Of a stretch of 64,000 bases of DNA, positions 30,601 to 44,408 are shown piece after piece (within the stretch, counting starts at the first letter, position 1; each line of letters opens with the position of its first letter). A program made the position numbers and the translations under genes. Below the pieces are notes generated by a model that ran no database searches, was not told the DNA's origin, and saw nothing but the letters and a program-made list of their open reading frames with translations. Source of the DNA: Antedon mediterranea (taxonomy: Eukaryota; Animalia; Echinodermata); NCBI RefSeq assembly GCF_964355755.1, contig NC_092679.1, forward strand, positions 9,965,432-10,029,431, in the 5' to 3' direction.

Positions 30601-32003
30601 CAGCGAGAGAGAGATAGATAGATCAGCGAGAGAGAGATAGATAGATGAGCGAGAGAGAGATAGATCAGCGAGAGAGAGATAGATCAGCGAGAGAGAGAGA
30701 GAGATAGATAAGCGAGAGAGAGAGATAGATCAGCGAGAGAGAGAAAGATCAGCGAGAGAGAGATAGATCAGCGACAGAAAGATAGGTCAGCGAGAGAGAG
30801 ATAGATCAGCGAGAGAGAGATAGATAGATCAGCGAGAGAGAGATAGATAGATCAGCGAGAGAGAGATAGATAGATCAGCGAGAGAGATAGATCAGCGAGA
30901 GAGAGATAGATAGATCAGCGAGAGAGAGATAGGTCAGCGAGAGAGAGATAGATCAGCGAGAGAGAGATAGATCAGCGAGAGAGAGAGAGATAGATCAGCG
31001 AGAGAGAGATAGATCAGCGAGAGAGAGATAGATCAGCGAGAGAGAGAGAGATCAGCGAGAGAGAGATAGATCAGCGAGAGAGAGAGAGATAGATCAGCGA
31101 GAGAGAGATAGATCAGCGAGAGAGAGATAGATAGATCAGCGAGAGAGAGATAGATCAGCGAAAGAGAGATAGATAGATCAGCGAGAGAGAGATAGATCAG
31201 CGAGAGAGATAGATTAGCGAGAGAGAGAGATAGATAAGCGAGAGAGAGAAAGATCAGCGAGAGGGAGAGATAGATCAGCGAGAGAGATATAGATCAGCGA
31301 GAGAGAGATAGATCAGCGAGAGAGAGATAGATCAGCGAGAGAGAGATAGATCAGCGAGAGAGAGAGATAGATCAGCGAGAGAGAGAGATAGATCAGCGAG
31401 AGAGAGAAAGATCAGCGAGAGAGAGATAAATCAGCGACAGAGAGATAGATCAGCGAGAGAGAGATAGATCAGCGAGAGAGAGAGGGGTCAGCGAGAGAGA
31501 GAGAGATAGATCAGCGAGAGAGAGATAGATCAGCGAGAGAGAGATAGATAGATCAGCGAGAGAGAGATAGATAGATCAGCGAGAGAGAGATAGATCAGCG
31601 AAAAAGAGATAGATAGATCAGCGAGAGAGAGATAGATCAGCGAGAGAGATAGATTAGCGAGAGAGAGAGAGATAGATAAGCGAGAGAGAGAAAGATCAGC
31701 GAGAGAGAGATAGATCAGCGAGAGAGAGATAGATCAGCGAGAGAGATAGATCAGCGAGAGAGAGAAATAGATCAGCGAGAGAGAGAGAGATAGATCAGCG
31801 AGAGAGAGATAGATCAGCGAGAGAATGATAGATAAGCGAGAGAGAGATAGATTAGCGAGAGAGAGATAGATCAGCGAGAGAGAGATAGTTCAGCGAAAGA
31901 GAGAGATCAGCGAGAAAGAGAGATAGATCAGCGAGACAGAGATAGATCAGCGAGAGAGAGATAGATCAGCGAGAGAGAGATATATCAGCGAGAGAGAGAT
32001 AGA

Positions 32004-32040
<37 letters not shown>

Positions 32041-32284
32041 AGCGAGAGAGAGAGAGATAGATCAGCGAGAGAGAGAGATAGATCAGTGAGAGAGAGAGAG
32101 ATAGATCAGCGAGAGAGAGTGAGAGAGATAGATCAGCGAGAGAGAGATAGATCAGCGAGAGAGAGATAGATCAGCGAAAGAGAGAGATCAGCGAGAAAGA
32201 AAGATAGGTCAGCGAGACAGAGATAGATCAGCGAGAGAGAGATAGATCAGCGAGAGAGAGATATATCAGCGAGAGAGAGATAGA

Positions 32285-32321
<37 letters not shown>

Positions 32322-35300
32322 AGCGAGAGAGAGAGAGAGATAGATCAGCGAGAGAGAGAGATAGATCAGTGAGAGAGAGAGAGATAGATCAGCGAGAGAG
32401 AGTGAGAGAGATAGATCAGCGAGAGAGAGATAGATCAGCGAGAGAGAGATAGATAGATCAGCGAGAGAGAGAGAGATAGATAGATCAGCGAGAAAGAGAT
32501 AGATAGATCAGCGAGAGAGAGATAGATCAGCGAGAGAGAGATAGATAGATCAGCGAGAGAGAGAGAGATAGGTCAGCGAGAGAGAGATAGATCAGCGAGA
32601 GAGATAGATAGATCAGCGAGAGGGAGATAGATCAGCGAGAGAGAGAGAGAGAGATAGATCAGCGAGAGAGAGTGAGATAGATCAGCGAGAGAGAGAGATA
32701 GATCAGCGAGAGAGAGATAGATCCGCGAAAGAGATAGACCAGCGAGAGAGAGATAGATCAGCGAGAGAGATAGATCAGCGAGAGAGAGAGATAGATCAGC
32801 GAGAGAGAGAGAGATAGATGAGCGAGAGAGAGAAAGATCAGCGAGAGAGAGATAGATCAGCGAGAGAGAGATAGATCAGCGAGAGAGAGATAGATAGATC
32901 AGCGAGAGAGAGATAGATAGATCAGCGAGAGAGATAGATAGATGAGCAAGAGAGAGATAGATGAGCGAGAGAGAGATAGATCAGCGAGAGAGAGATAGAT
33001 CAGCGAGAGAGAGAGAGAGAGATAGATAAGCGAGAGAGAGATAGATCAGCGAGAGAGAGGTAGATCAGCGAGAGGGAGAGATAGATCAGCGAGAGAGAGA
33101 TAGATCAGCGAGAGAGATAGATCAGCGAGAGAGATAAATCAGCGAGAGAGAGATAGATCAGCGAGAGAGAGATAGATCAGCGAGAGAGAGAGATGGATCA
33201 GCGAGAGAGAGAGATAGATCAGCGAGATAGAGAAAGATCTGCGAGAGAGAGATAGATCAGCGAGAGAGAGATAGATCAGCGAGAGAGAGATAGATCAGCG
33301 AGAGAGTGATAGATCAGCGAGAGAGAGAGAGAGAAATAGATCACCGAGATAGAGAAAGATCAGCGAGAGAGAGATAGATCAGCGACAGAGAGATAGATCA
33401 GCGAGAGAGATATAGATCAGCGAGAGAGATATAGATCAGCGAGAGAGAGATAGGTCAGCGAGAGATAGATAGATCAGCGAGAGAGAGATAGATCAGCGAG
33501 AGAGAGAGAGAGATAGATCAGCGAGAAAGAGATAGATCAGCGAGAGAGATAGATAGATCAGCGTGAGAGAGATAGATCAGCGAGAGAGAGAGAGATAGAT
33601 CAGCGAGAGAGAGAGAGATAGATCAGCGAGAGAGAGATAGATCAGCGAGAGGGAGAGATAGATCAGCGAGAGAGATATAGATCAGCGAGAGAGAGATAGA
33701 TCAGCGAGAGAAAGATAGATCAGCGAGAGAGAGATAGATCAGCGAGAGAGAGAGAGATAGATCAGCGAGAGAGAGAGATAGATCAGCGAGAGAGAGAAAG
33801 ATCAGCGAGAGAGAGATAGATCAGCGACAGAGAGATAGATCAGCGAGAGAGAGATAGATCAGCGAGAGAGAGAGAGATCAGCGAGAGAGAGAGATAGATC
33901 AGCGAGAGAGAGATAGATCAGCGAGAGAGAGATAGATAGATCAGCGAGAGAGAGATAGATAGATCAGCGAGAGAGAGATAGATAGATGAGCGAGAGAGAG
34001 ATAGATCAGCGAGAGAGAGAGAGAGATAGATAAGCGAGAGAGAGAGATAGATCAGCGAGAGAGAGAAAGATCAGCGAGAGAGAGATAGATCAGCGACAGA
34101 GAGATAGATCAGCGAGAGAGAGATAGATCAGCGAGAGAGAGATAGATAGATCAGTGAGAGAGAGATAGATAGATCAGCGAGAGAGAGATAGATAGATCAG
34201 CGAGAGAGAGATAGATCAGCGAGAGAGAGATAGATAGATCAGCGAGAGAGAGATAGATCAGCGAGAGAGAGATAGATCAGCGAGAGAGAGAGAGATAGAT
34301 CAGCGAGAGAGAGACAGATCAGCGAGAGAGAGATAGATCAGCGAGAGAGAGAGAGATCAGCGAGAGAGAGAGATAGATCAGCGAGAGAGAGAGAGATAGA
34401 TCACCGAGAGAGAGATAGATCAGCGAGAGAGAGATAGATAGATCAGCGAGAGAGAGATAGATAGATCAGCGAGAGAGAGATAGATCAGCGAAAGAGAGAT
34501 AGATAGATCAGCGAGAGAGAGATAGATCAGCGAGAGAGATAGATTAGCGAGAGAGAGAGAGATAGATAAGCGAGAGAGAGAAAGATCAGCGAGAGAGAGA
34601 TAGATCAGCGAGAGAGAGATTGATCAGCGAGAAAGAGATAGATCAGCGAGAGAGATAGATAGATCAGCGAGAGAGAGATAGATCAGCGAGAGAGAGAGAG
34701 AGATAGATCAGCCAGAGAGAGAGAGATAGATCAGCGAGAGAGAGATAGATCAGCGAGAGAGAGATAGATCAGCGAGAGGGAGAGATAGATCAGCGAGAGA
34801 GATATAGATCAGCGAGAGAGAGATAGATCAGCGAGAGAGAGATAGATCAGCGAGAGAGAGATAGATCAGCGAGAGAGAGAGATAGATCAGCGAGAGAGAG
34901 AGATAGATCAGCGAGAGAGAGAAAGATCAGCGAGAGAGAGATAAATCAGCGACAGAGAGATAGATCAGCGAGAGAGAGATAGATCAGCGAGAGAGAGAGG
35001 GGTCAGCGAGAGAGAGAGAGATAGATCAGCGAGAGAGAGATAGATCAGCGAGAGAGAGATAGATAGATCAGCGAGAGAGAGATAGATAGATCAGCGAGAG
35101 AGAGATAGATCAGCGAAAAAGAGATAGATAGATCAGCGAGAGAGAGATAGATCAGCGAGAGAGATAGATTAGCGAGAGAGAGAGATAGATAAGCGAGAGA
35201 GAGAAAGATCAGCGAGAGAGAGATAGATCAGCGAGAGAGAGATAGATCAGCGAGAGAGATAGATCAGCGAGAGAGAGAAATAGATCAGCGAGAGAGAGAG

Positions 35301-35516
35301 AGATAGATCAGCGAGAGAGAGATAGATCAGCGAGAGAATGATAGATAAGCGAGAGAGAGATAGATTAGCGAGAGAGAGATAGATCAGCGAGAGAGAGATA
35401 GATCAGCGAAAGAGAGAGATCAGCGAGAAAGAGAGATAGATCAGCGAGACAGAGATAGATCAGCGAGAGAGAGATAGATCAGCGAGAGAGAGATATATCA
35501 GCGAGAGAGAGATAGA

Positions 35517-35552
<36 letters not shown>

Positions 35553-38500
35553 GCGAGAGAGAGAGAGATAGATCAGCGAGAGAGAGAGATAGATCAGTGA
35601 GAGAGAGAGAGATAGATCAGCGAGAGAGAGTGAGAGAGATAGATCAGCGCGAGAGAGATAGATCAGCGAGAGAGAGATAGATCAGCGAAAGAGAGAGATC
35701 AGCGAGAAAGAGAGATAGGTCAGCGAGACAGAGATAGATCAGCGAGAGAGAGATAGATCAGCGAGAGAGAGATATATCAGCGAGAGAGAGATAGATCAGC
35801 GAGAGAGAGAGAGAGAGAGAGATCAGCGAGAGAGAGAGAGATAGATCAGCGAGAGAGAGAGATAGATCAGTGAGAGAGAGAGAGATAGATCAGCGAGAGA
35901 GAGTGAGAGAGATAGATCAGCGAGAGAGAGATAGATCAGCGAGAGAGAGATAGATAGATCAGCGAGAGAGAGAGAGATAGATAGATCAGCGAGAAAGAGA
36001 TAGATAGATCAGCGAGAGAGAGATAGATCAGCGAGAGAGAGATAGATAGATCAGCGAGAGAGAGATAGGTCAGCGAGAGAGAGATAGATCAGCGAGAGAG
36101 ATAGATAGATCAGCGAGAGGGAGATAGATCAGCGAGAGAGAGAGAGAGAGATAGATCAGCGAGAGAGAGAGAGATAGATCAGCGAGAGAGAGAGATAGAT
36201 CAGCGAGAGAGAGATAGATCAGCGAGAGGGAGAGATAGATCAGCTAGAGAGAGATAGATCCGCGAAAGAGATAGACCAGCGAGAGAGAGATAGATCAGCG
36301 AGAGAGATAGATCAGCGAGAGAGAGAGATAGATCAGCGAGAGAGAGAGAGATAGATCAGCGAGAGAGAGAAAGATCAGCGAGAGAGAGATAGGTCAGCGA
36401 CAGAGAGATAGATCAGCGAGAGAGAGAGATAGAACAGCGAGAGAGATATAGATCAGCGACAGAGAGATAGATCAGCGAGAGAGAGATAGATCAGCGAGAG
36501 AGAGAAAGATCAGCGAGAGAGAGATAGATCAGTGAGAGAGAGATAGATCAGCGAGAGAGAGATAGATTAGCGAGAGAGAGAGATAGATCAGCGAGAGAGA
36601 GAGAGAAAGATAGATCAGAGAGAGATAGATCAGCGAGAGAGAGATAGATCAGCGAGAGAGAGATAGATTAGCAAGAGAGAGATAGATCAGCGAGAGAGAG
36701 ATAGATCAGCGAGAGAGAGAGAGATCAGCGAGAGAGAGATAGATCACCGAGAGAGAGATAGATCTGCGAGAGAGAGATAGATCAGCGAGAGAGAGATAGA
36801 TAGATCAGCGAGAGAGATAGATCAGCGAGAGAGATATAGATCAGCGAGAGAGAGATAGATCAGCGAGAGATAGATAGATCAGCGAGAGAGAGAGATAGAT
36901 CAGCGAGAGCGAGATAGATTAGCGAGAGAGAGATAGATCAGCGAGAGAGAGATAGATCAGCGAGAGAGAGAGAGATAGATCAGCGAGAAAGAGATAGATC
37001 ACCGAGAGAGATAGATAGATCAGCGAGAGAGAGATAGATCAGCGAGAGAGAGAGAGATAGATCAGCGAGAGAGAGAGAGAGATAGATCAGCGAGAGAGAG
37101 ATAGATTAGCGAGAGAGAGATAGATCAGCGAGAGGGAGAGATAGATCAGCGAGAGAGAGATAGATCAGCGAGAGAGAGATAGATCAGCGAGAGAGAGATA
37201 GATCAGCGAGAGAGATAGATCAGCGAGAGAGAGATAGATCAGCGAGAGAGAGAGATAGATCAGCGAGAGAGAGAAAGATCAGCGAGAGAGAGATAGGTCA
37301 GCGACAGAGAGATAGATCAGCGAGAGAGAGAGATAGATCAGCGAGAGAGATATAGATCAGCGAGAGAGAGATAGATCAGCGAGAGAGAGATAGATCAGCG
37401 AGAGAGAGATAGGTCAGCGAGAGAGAGAAAGATCAGCGAGAGAGAGATAGATCAGTGAGAGAGAGATAGATCAGCGAGAGAGAGATAGATTAGCAAGAGA
37501 GAGATAGATCAGCGAGAGAGAGATAGATCAGCGAAAGAGAGAGATCAGCGAGAAAGAGAGATAGGTCAGCGAGACAGAGATAGATCAGCGAGAGAGAGAT
37601 AGATCAGCGAGAGAGAGATATATCAGCGAGAGAGAGATAGATCAGCGAGAGAGAGAGAGAGAGAGAGATCAGCGAGAGAGAGAGAGATAGATCAGCGAGA
37701 GAGAGAGATAGATCAGTGAGAGAGAGAGAGATAGATCAGCGAGAGAGAGTGAGAGAGATAGATCAGCGAGAGAGAGATAGATCAGCGAGAGAGAGATAGA
37801 TAGATCAGCGAGAGAGAGAGAGATAGATAGATCAGCGAGAAAGAGATAGATAGATCAGCGAGAGAGAGATAGATCAGCGAGAGAGAGATAGATAGATCAG
37901 CGAGAGAGAGATAGGTCAGCGAGAGAGAGATAGATCAGCGAGAGAGATAGATAGATCAGCGAGAGGGAGATAGATCAGCGAGAGAGAGAGAGAGAGATAG
38001 ATCAGCGAGAGAGAGAGAGATAGATCAGCGAGAGAGAGAGATAGATCAGCGAGAGAGAGATAGATCAGCGAGAGGGAGAGATAGATCAGCTAGAGAGAGA
38101 TAGATCCGCGAAAGAGATAGACCAGCGAGAGAGAGATAGATCAGCGAGAGAGATAGATCAGCGAGAGAGAGAGATAGATCAGCGAGAGAGAGAGAGATAG
38201 ATCAGCGAGAGAGAGAAAGATCAGCGAGAGAGAGATAGGTCAGCGACAGAGAGATAGATCAGCGAGAGAGAGAGATAGAACAGCGAGAGAGATATAGATC
38301 AGCGACAGAGAGATAGATCAGCGAGAGAGAGATAGATCAGCGAGAGAGAGAAAGATCAGCGAGAGAGAGATAGATCAGTGAGAGAGAGATAGATCAGCGA
38401 GAGAGAGATAGATTAGCGAGAGAGAGAGATAGATCAGCGAGAGAGAGAGAGAAAGATAGATCAGAGAGAGATAGATCAGCGAGAGAGAGATAGATCAGCG

Positions 38501-39739
38501 AGAGAGAGATAGATTAGCAAGAGAGAGATAGATCAGCGAGAGAGAGATAGATCAGCGAGAGAGAGAGAGATCAGCGAGAGAGAGATAGATCACCGAGAGA
38601 GAGATAGATCTGCGAGAGAGAGATAGATCAGCGAGAGAGAGATAGATAGATCAGCGAGAGAGATAGATCAGCGAGAGAGATATAGATCAGCGAGAGAGAG
38701 ATAGATCAGCGAGAGATAGATAGATCAGCGAGAGAGAGAGATAGATCAGCGAGAGCGAGATAGATTAGCGAGAGAGAGATAGATCAGCGAGAGAGAGATA
38801 GATCAGCGAGAGAGAGAGAGATAGATCAGCGAGAAAGAGATAGATCACCGAGAGAGATAGATAGATCAGCGAGAGAGAGATAGATCAGCGAGAGAGAGAG
38901 AGAGATAGATCAGCGAGAGAGAGAGAGAGATAGATCAGCGAGAGAGAGATAGATCAGCGAGAGAGAGATAGATCAGCGAGAGGGAGAGATAGATCAGCGA
39001 GAGAGAGATAGATCAGCGAGAGAGAGATAGATCAGCGAGAGAGAGATAGATCAGCGAGAGAGATAGATCAGCGAGAGAGAGATAGATCAGCGAGAGAGAG
39101 AGATAGATCAGCGAGAGAGAGAAAGATCAGCGAGAGAGAGATAGGTCAGCGACAGAGAGATAGATCAGCGAGAGAGAGAGATAGATCAGCGAGAGAGATA
39201 TAGATCAGCGAGAGAGAGATAGATCAGCGAGAGAGAGATAGATCAGCGAGAGAGAGATAGGTCAGCGAGAGAGAGAAAGATCAGCGAGAGAGAGATAGAT
39301 CAGTGAGAGAGAGATAGATCAGCGAGAGAGAGATAGATTAGCAAGAGAGAGATAGATCAGCGAGAGAGAGATAGATCAGCGAGAGAGAGATAGATCAGCG
39401 AGAGAGAGATAGATCAGCGAGAGAGAGATAGATCAGCGAGAGATAGATAGATCAGCGAGAGAGAGAGATAGATCAGCAAGAGAGAGATAGATCAGCGAGA
39501 GAGAGAGATAGATCAGCGAGAGCGAGATAGATTAGCGAGAAAGAGATAGATCAGTGAGAGAGAGATAGATCAGCGAGAGAGAGATAGATCAGCGAGAGAG
39601 AGATAGATCAGCGAGAGAGAGAGATAGATCAGCGAGAGAGAGGTAGATCAGCGAGAGAGAGATAGATCAGCGAGAGAAAGAGATAGATCAGTGAAAGAGA
39701 GATAGATCAGCGAGAGAGAGATAGATCAGCGAGAGAGAG
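1..39739 (+). repeat. 19-bp GA-rich satellite, consensus ATAGATCAGCGAGAGAGAG, with 17/21/23-bp variants and kb-scale higher-order duplications
   Basis: Uninterrupted tandem GATCAGC(GA)n(TA) units from base 1 to the junction gagagagag|tacatttt at 39739/39740. Confidence 0.98.
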
Positions 39740-41657
39740 TACATTTTCGCCATTTTTCGAAAAAAATCTTATGGTCCCCAGCAGGAAAATTTATCGAAAA
39801 ATGGCCAAATTTCGACCCTTTTACTTTTTGACATAACTAGTTACTATGGCTCTATAAGATGATGTTAACACAATATATGTCCATAAATGGCAAAATTATA
39901 GCATAATTATTTATTTTTAAAAAGTGTAACATTTTTGCCATTTTCGACCCTTTTATATTTTGACATAAGTAGTTGCTATGGCTCTATAAGATGATATCAG
40001 CACAATATATGTGCATAAATGGCAATATTATAGCATAATTTTTGAATTTTAAAAAGTGGAAATTTTAGTCATTTTTCGAAAAAATTCCTATGGTTCCCCC
40101 CAGGGAAATTTTCGCAAAAATGGCCAAATTTTAACCCTTTTATTTTTTGACATAACTAGTTACTATGGCTCTATAAGATGATGTTAGCACAATATATTTG
40201 CAAAAATGGCAATATTATAGCATAATTATTGAATTTTAAAAAGTGGGAATTTTGGCCATTTTTCGACCCTTTTATTTTTTTGACATAACTAGTTGCTATG
40301 TCTCTATACGATGATGTTAACACAATATATTTGCATAAATGCCAATATTATAGCATAATTATTGAATTTTAAAAAGTTGAAATTTTGGCCATTTTTCGAA
40401 AAAATTCCTATGGTCCCCAGCATGGAAATTTTCGAAAAATGGCCAAATTTTGTACATTTTATTTTTTGACATAACTAGTTACTATAGCTCTATAAGATGA
40501 TGTTAGCACAATATAATTATTTGCATAAATGGCAATATTATAGCATAATTTTTGAATTTTAAACAATGAAAATTTTGACCATTTTTCGAAAAAAAATCTT
40601 ACGGTTCTTCCCTGCAGGGAAATTTTCGCAAAAATGGCAAAATTTTGACCCTTTTATTTCTTGACATAACTAGTTACTATGGCTCTATAAGATGATGTTA
40701 AAACAATATATGCGCATAAATGGCAATATTATAGCCTAATTATAGAATTTTGAAAATTGGAAATTTTTGCCATTTTTCGAAAAAATTCCTATGGTCCTCC
40801 GCAGGGAAATTTTCGCAAAAATGGCCAAACATCAAACCTTTTATTAGTCGCGTGGACGCGACTCTAAAGTTCACTATGTCGGTCGGTCTGTCGGTCTGTC
40901 TGTCGGTCCGGTATCACTTTGCGTTTTATCGCTTTTCTGTACTTTTGAACTGTTTTGATGTACAGAAAAGTTTTAAAGTACATTACTTTTTGAAAGTTCA
41001 TTTATTTCTGAGAGCACGCAACTTATTGTTGTTGGCCTTGTTTTTTTACATAACGACTTACTATGGCTGTATAAGATGATGTTAACACAATATATGTGCA
41101 TAAATGGCAATATTATAGCCTAATTATAGAATTTAAAAAGGTGCACATTTTGGTCGTTTTCGAAAAAAATCGTGTGGTCCCCCGCAGGGAAATTGTCGCA
41201 AAAATTGCAATATTATAGCATAATTATTGAATTTTAAAAAGTGGGAATTTTGGCCATTTTTCGACCCTTTTATTTTTTTGACATAACTAGCTGCTATGTC
41301 TCTATACGATGATGTTAACACAATATATTTGCATAAATGCCAATATTATAGCATAATTATTGATTTTGAAAAAGTGGAAATTTTGGCGATTTTTTGAAAA
41401 AATTCCTATGGTCCCCAGCAGGGAAATTTTCGAAAAATGGCCAAATTTTGTACCTTTTATTTTTTGACATAACTAGTTACTATGGCTCTATAAGATGATG
41501 TTAGCACAATATATTTGGAAAAATGGCGATATTATAGCATAATTATTGAATTTTCGAATTTTTAAAAGTGTAAATTGTCGCCATTTTTCGAAAAAAAATC
41601 TTATGGTCCCCCTCGGGGAAATTTTCGAAAAATGGCCAAATTTAGACCCTTTTATTT
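39740..41657 (+). repeat. ~186-bp AT-rich satellite with ~133-bp deletion variants; monomer contains an inverted repeat
   Basis: Recurring gacataactagttactatggctctataagatgatgttaacacaatat and tttggccatttttcgaaaa...ttttcgaaaaatggccaaa. Spacings include 40061 to 40248 (187 bp) and 40248 to 40381 (133 bp). Confidence 0.93.
40844..41042 (+). mobile_element. Non-autonomous Helentron-type element (HINE/DINE-1-like), family 1
   Basis: Inserted into the T-run of the 186-bp monomer with no TSD. 5' palindrome AGTCGCGTggACGCGACT, then a (GTCG/GTCT)n microsatellite, 3' subTIR CACGCAACT and end ggccttgTT, matching DINE-1/HINE architecture. Confidence 0.75.
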
Positions 41658-43376
41658 TAATAGTCTATTTATATGAAATGAATGATCAATCAATGAAAAA
41701 TAATGCCATGCAACTTTGTTTCTGATTTTAAAAAAGGTCCACTTGTTTAGGCCTGACATTTACAACCCTCAAAATATCTCACTTTCAAAAACAATATTTA
41801 TTTTCAATTTAAAAATATCTCACTTTCAAAAACAATATTTATTTTCAATTAAAAAAAAGAAACAAAAATAATATTCGTAGAGATTCGAACCCACTACTGC
41901 GAGAACTCAAACCTGAGCACTACCGGTTACGCCACAAACCAGTAGATGAGTGAAGAGCTGATAATAGTCTATTTATATGAAATGAATGATCCATCAATGT
42001 AAAATGATGTTATGCAACTTTGTTTCTGATTTAAAAAAAGGTCAACTTGGTTAGGCTTGACATTTAAAACCATCAAAATATCTCACTTGCAAAAACAATA
42101 TTTATTTTCAAATAAAAAAAAAAATAAAAAAAATATTCCTAGAGGTTCGAACCCTCTACTGAGAAAACTCAAACCTGAGCATTACCGGTTACGCCACAAA
42201 CCAGTAGATTAGTGAAGAGCTGATAATAGTCTATTTATATGAAATAAATGATCCATCAATGTAAAATGATGTTATGCAACTTTGTTTCTGATTTTAAAAA
42301 AGGGCCACTTGGTTAGGCTTGACATTTACAACCATAAAAATATCTCACTTTCAAACAAAATATTTATTTTCAATTTAAAAAAAAGAAGAAAAGAAATATC
42401 CCTAGAGGTTCGAACCCACTACTGCGAGCACTCAAACTTGAGCATTACCCGTTACGCCTCAAACCAGTAGATGACTGAAGAGCTGATAATAGTCTATTTA
42501 AATGAAATGAATAATAAATCAATGAAAAATAATGCCATGCAACTTTGTTTCTGATTTTAAAAAAGGTTCACTTTTTTAGGCCTGACATTTACAACCCTCA
42601 AAATATCTCACTTTCAAAAACAATATTTATTTTCAATTTAAAAATATCTCACTTTCAAAAACAATATTTATTTTCAATTAAAAAAAAAAAGAAAACAAAT
42701 ATTCGTAGAGGTTCGAACCAACTACTGCGAGAACTCAAACCTGAGCACTATCGGTTACGCCACAAACCAGTAGATGAGTGAAGAGCTGATAATAGTCTAT
42801 TTATATGAAATGAATGATCCGTCAATGTAAAATGATGTTATGCCACTTTGTTTCTGATTTAAAAAAAGGTCCACTTGGTTAGGCTTGACATTTAAAACCA
42901 TAAAAATATCTCACTTTCAAAAACAATATTTATTTTCAAATAAAAAAAAAAGAAAACAAATATTCTTAGAGGTTCGAACCCACTACTGAGAGAACTCAAA
43001 CCTGAGAATTACCGGTAACGCCACAAACCAGTAGATGAGTGAAGAGCTGATAATAGTCCATTTATACGAAATTAATGATCAATCAATGAAAAATAATGCC
43101 ATGCAACTTTGTTTCTGATTTTAAAAAAGGTTCACTTGTTTAGGCCTGATATTTACAACCCTCAAAATATCTCACTTTCAAAAACAATATTTATTTTCAA
43201 TTTAAAAAAAAAAAAAATCCCTAGAAGTTCTCACCCACTGCTGAGAGCACTCAAACCTGAGCATTATCCGTTACGCCACAAACCAGTAGATGACTGAGGA
43301 GCTGATAATAGTCTATTTATATGAAATGAATGATCAATCAATGAAAAATAATGCCATGCAACTTTTTTTCTGATTT

Positions 43377-43723
43377 AACAAGCACGAATGTGCAATACTC
43401 GGGGTACAGCGAAAGAAGCTGCAATGACGTCATAAGACCGGATGTAACGTCACATACACATCAATAACCGCGCTACCAAATACGGCTATACGGTACCATC
43501 TTCGAGACGTGATATGGCTGCATCCGGTTTGAAATTAAAAAATCCGGCTTTATAGCTTTGAGGACATGTCCCTGTAGTATATTCATGTTAAATCCGAGCT
43601 CAATACTACAACGAATAAGGGAGGAGTAGTACTTTATAAATCGCACTTTTTTCTCAATAGTGTCCGGATGGAAGAAGAAGAGGAAAAGATGAGAGAGTCC
43701 TAGACTCAGGTACCCCGAGTAAA
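43377..43723 (-). mobile_element. Non-autonomous Helentron-type element, family 2, empty copy
   Basis: Minus strand: 5' TTTTACTCGGGGTACC(T/C)GAGT palindrome; 3' subTIR GTACCCCGAGTA plus hairpin GCAC-attc-GTGC and TTGTT end. Inserted in a T-run, no TSD. Confidence 0.78.
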
Positions 43724-43827
43724 AATAGAAATAAGTCACTGAATTGTAATATCTTTTCGTATTAAACGAGATATACTCTATATCATATTACGTATACAGT
43801 TATTTCACCATAAAGATAAAGAAAATA

Positions 43828-43898
43828 GGTTTCGCTAGGGCTCGAACCGGGACCTTCTGCGTGTTAAGCAGACTTGACAACCACTACACTACGAATCC
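43828..43898 (-). tRNA. tRNA-Val(AAC)-derived gene, type A (probably pseudogene)
   Basis: GGATTCGTAGTGTAGTGGTTGTCAAGTCTGCTTAACACGCAGAAGGTCCCGGTTCGAGCCCTAGCGAAACC. Anticodon arm TCTGC-TT-AAC-AC-GCAGA; mismatches in D and T stems. Confidence 0.8.
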
Positions 43899-44112
43899 AC
43901 TTACACTAAAAATGTTGGTTACAGAAAGTTTTTTAATCCATTTAAATTACAAATAAATATGGTAATAAGCACAAAGCAAAATAAACATGTGTAAAAGCGA
44001 TAATTACCGATTACACAAAATAAGTATTTAACAAAATAATAAAAATAACATATACTGTGTATAATTATCATATTGCGTATACAGTACTTTTCACCATAAA
44101 GTTTAAAAAAAA

Positions 44113-44184
44113 GGTTTCGCCCGGGCTCGAACCAGGTACCTTCTGCGTGTTGAGCAAACGTGATAACCACTACGCCAAAAAGCC
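44113..44184 (-). tRNA. tRNA-Val(AAC)-derived gene, type B (probably pseudogene)
   Basis: GGCTTTTTGGCGTAGTGGTTATCACGTTTGCTCAACACGCAGAAGGTACCTGGTTCGAGCCCGGGCGAAACC followed by T8; acceptor-stem mismatches. Confidence 0.8.
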
Positions 44185-44337
44185 GCATGTACCTACATAA
44201 CGCTGTGATGTGTGTCAAACATTGTGGCTTCTTAATCAAACAAATTAATTAACAAACAAGCACGAATGTGCAATACTCGGGGTACAGCGAAAGAAGCTGT
44301 ATACAGACGTATACAGTTAGAAAGTTAAAGAAAAATA

Positions 44338-44408
44338 GGTTTCGCTAGGGCTCGAACCGGGACCTTCTACGTGTTAAGCAGACTTGACAACCACCACACT
44401 ACGAAACC
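44338..44408 (-). tRNA. tRNA-Val(AAC)-derived, type A, inside HINE
   Basis: Near-identical to 43828-43898; anticodon AAC, one substitution in the anticodon stem. Confidence 0.75.

Noticed and set aside
1-39739. Telomeric repeat or long Arg/Glu-repeat protein
   Set aside because: The unit is not a G-rich telomerase-type repeat, and TAG stops recur in nearly every unit with shifting frames.
42470-42515. CTGA(A/G)GA...GAAA in the 260-bp monomer as a hammerhead ribozyme core
   Set aside because: No stem II closes directly before GAAA, flanking stems I/III are not evident, and many copies read GTGAAGA.
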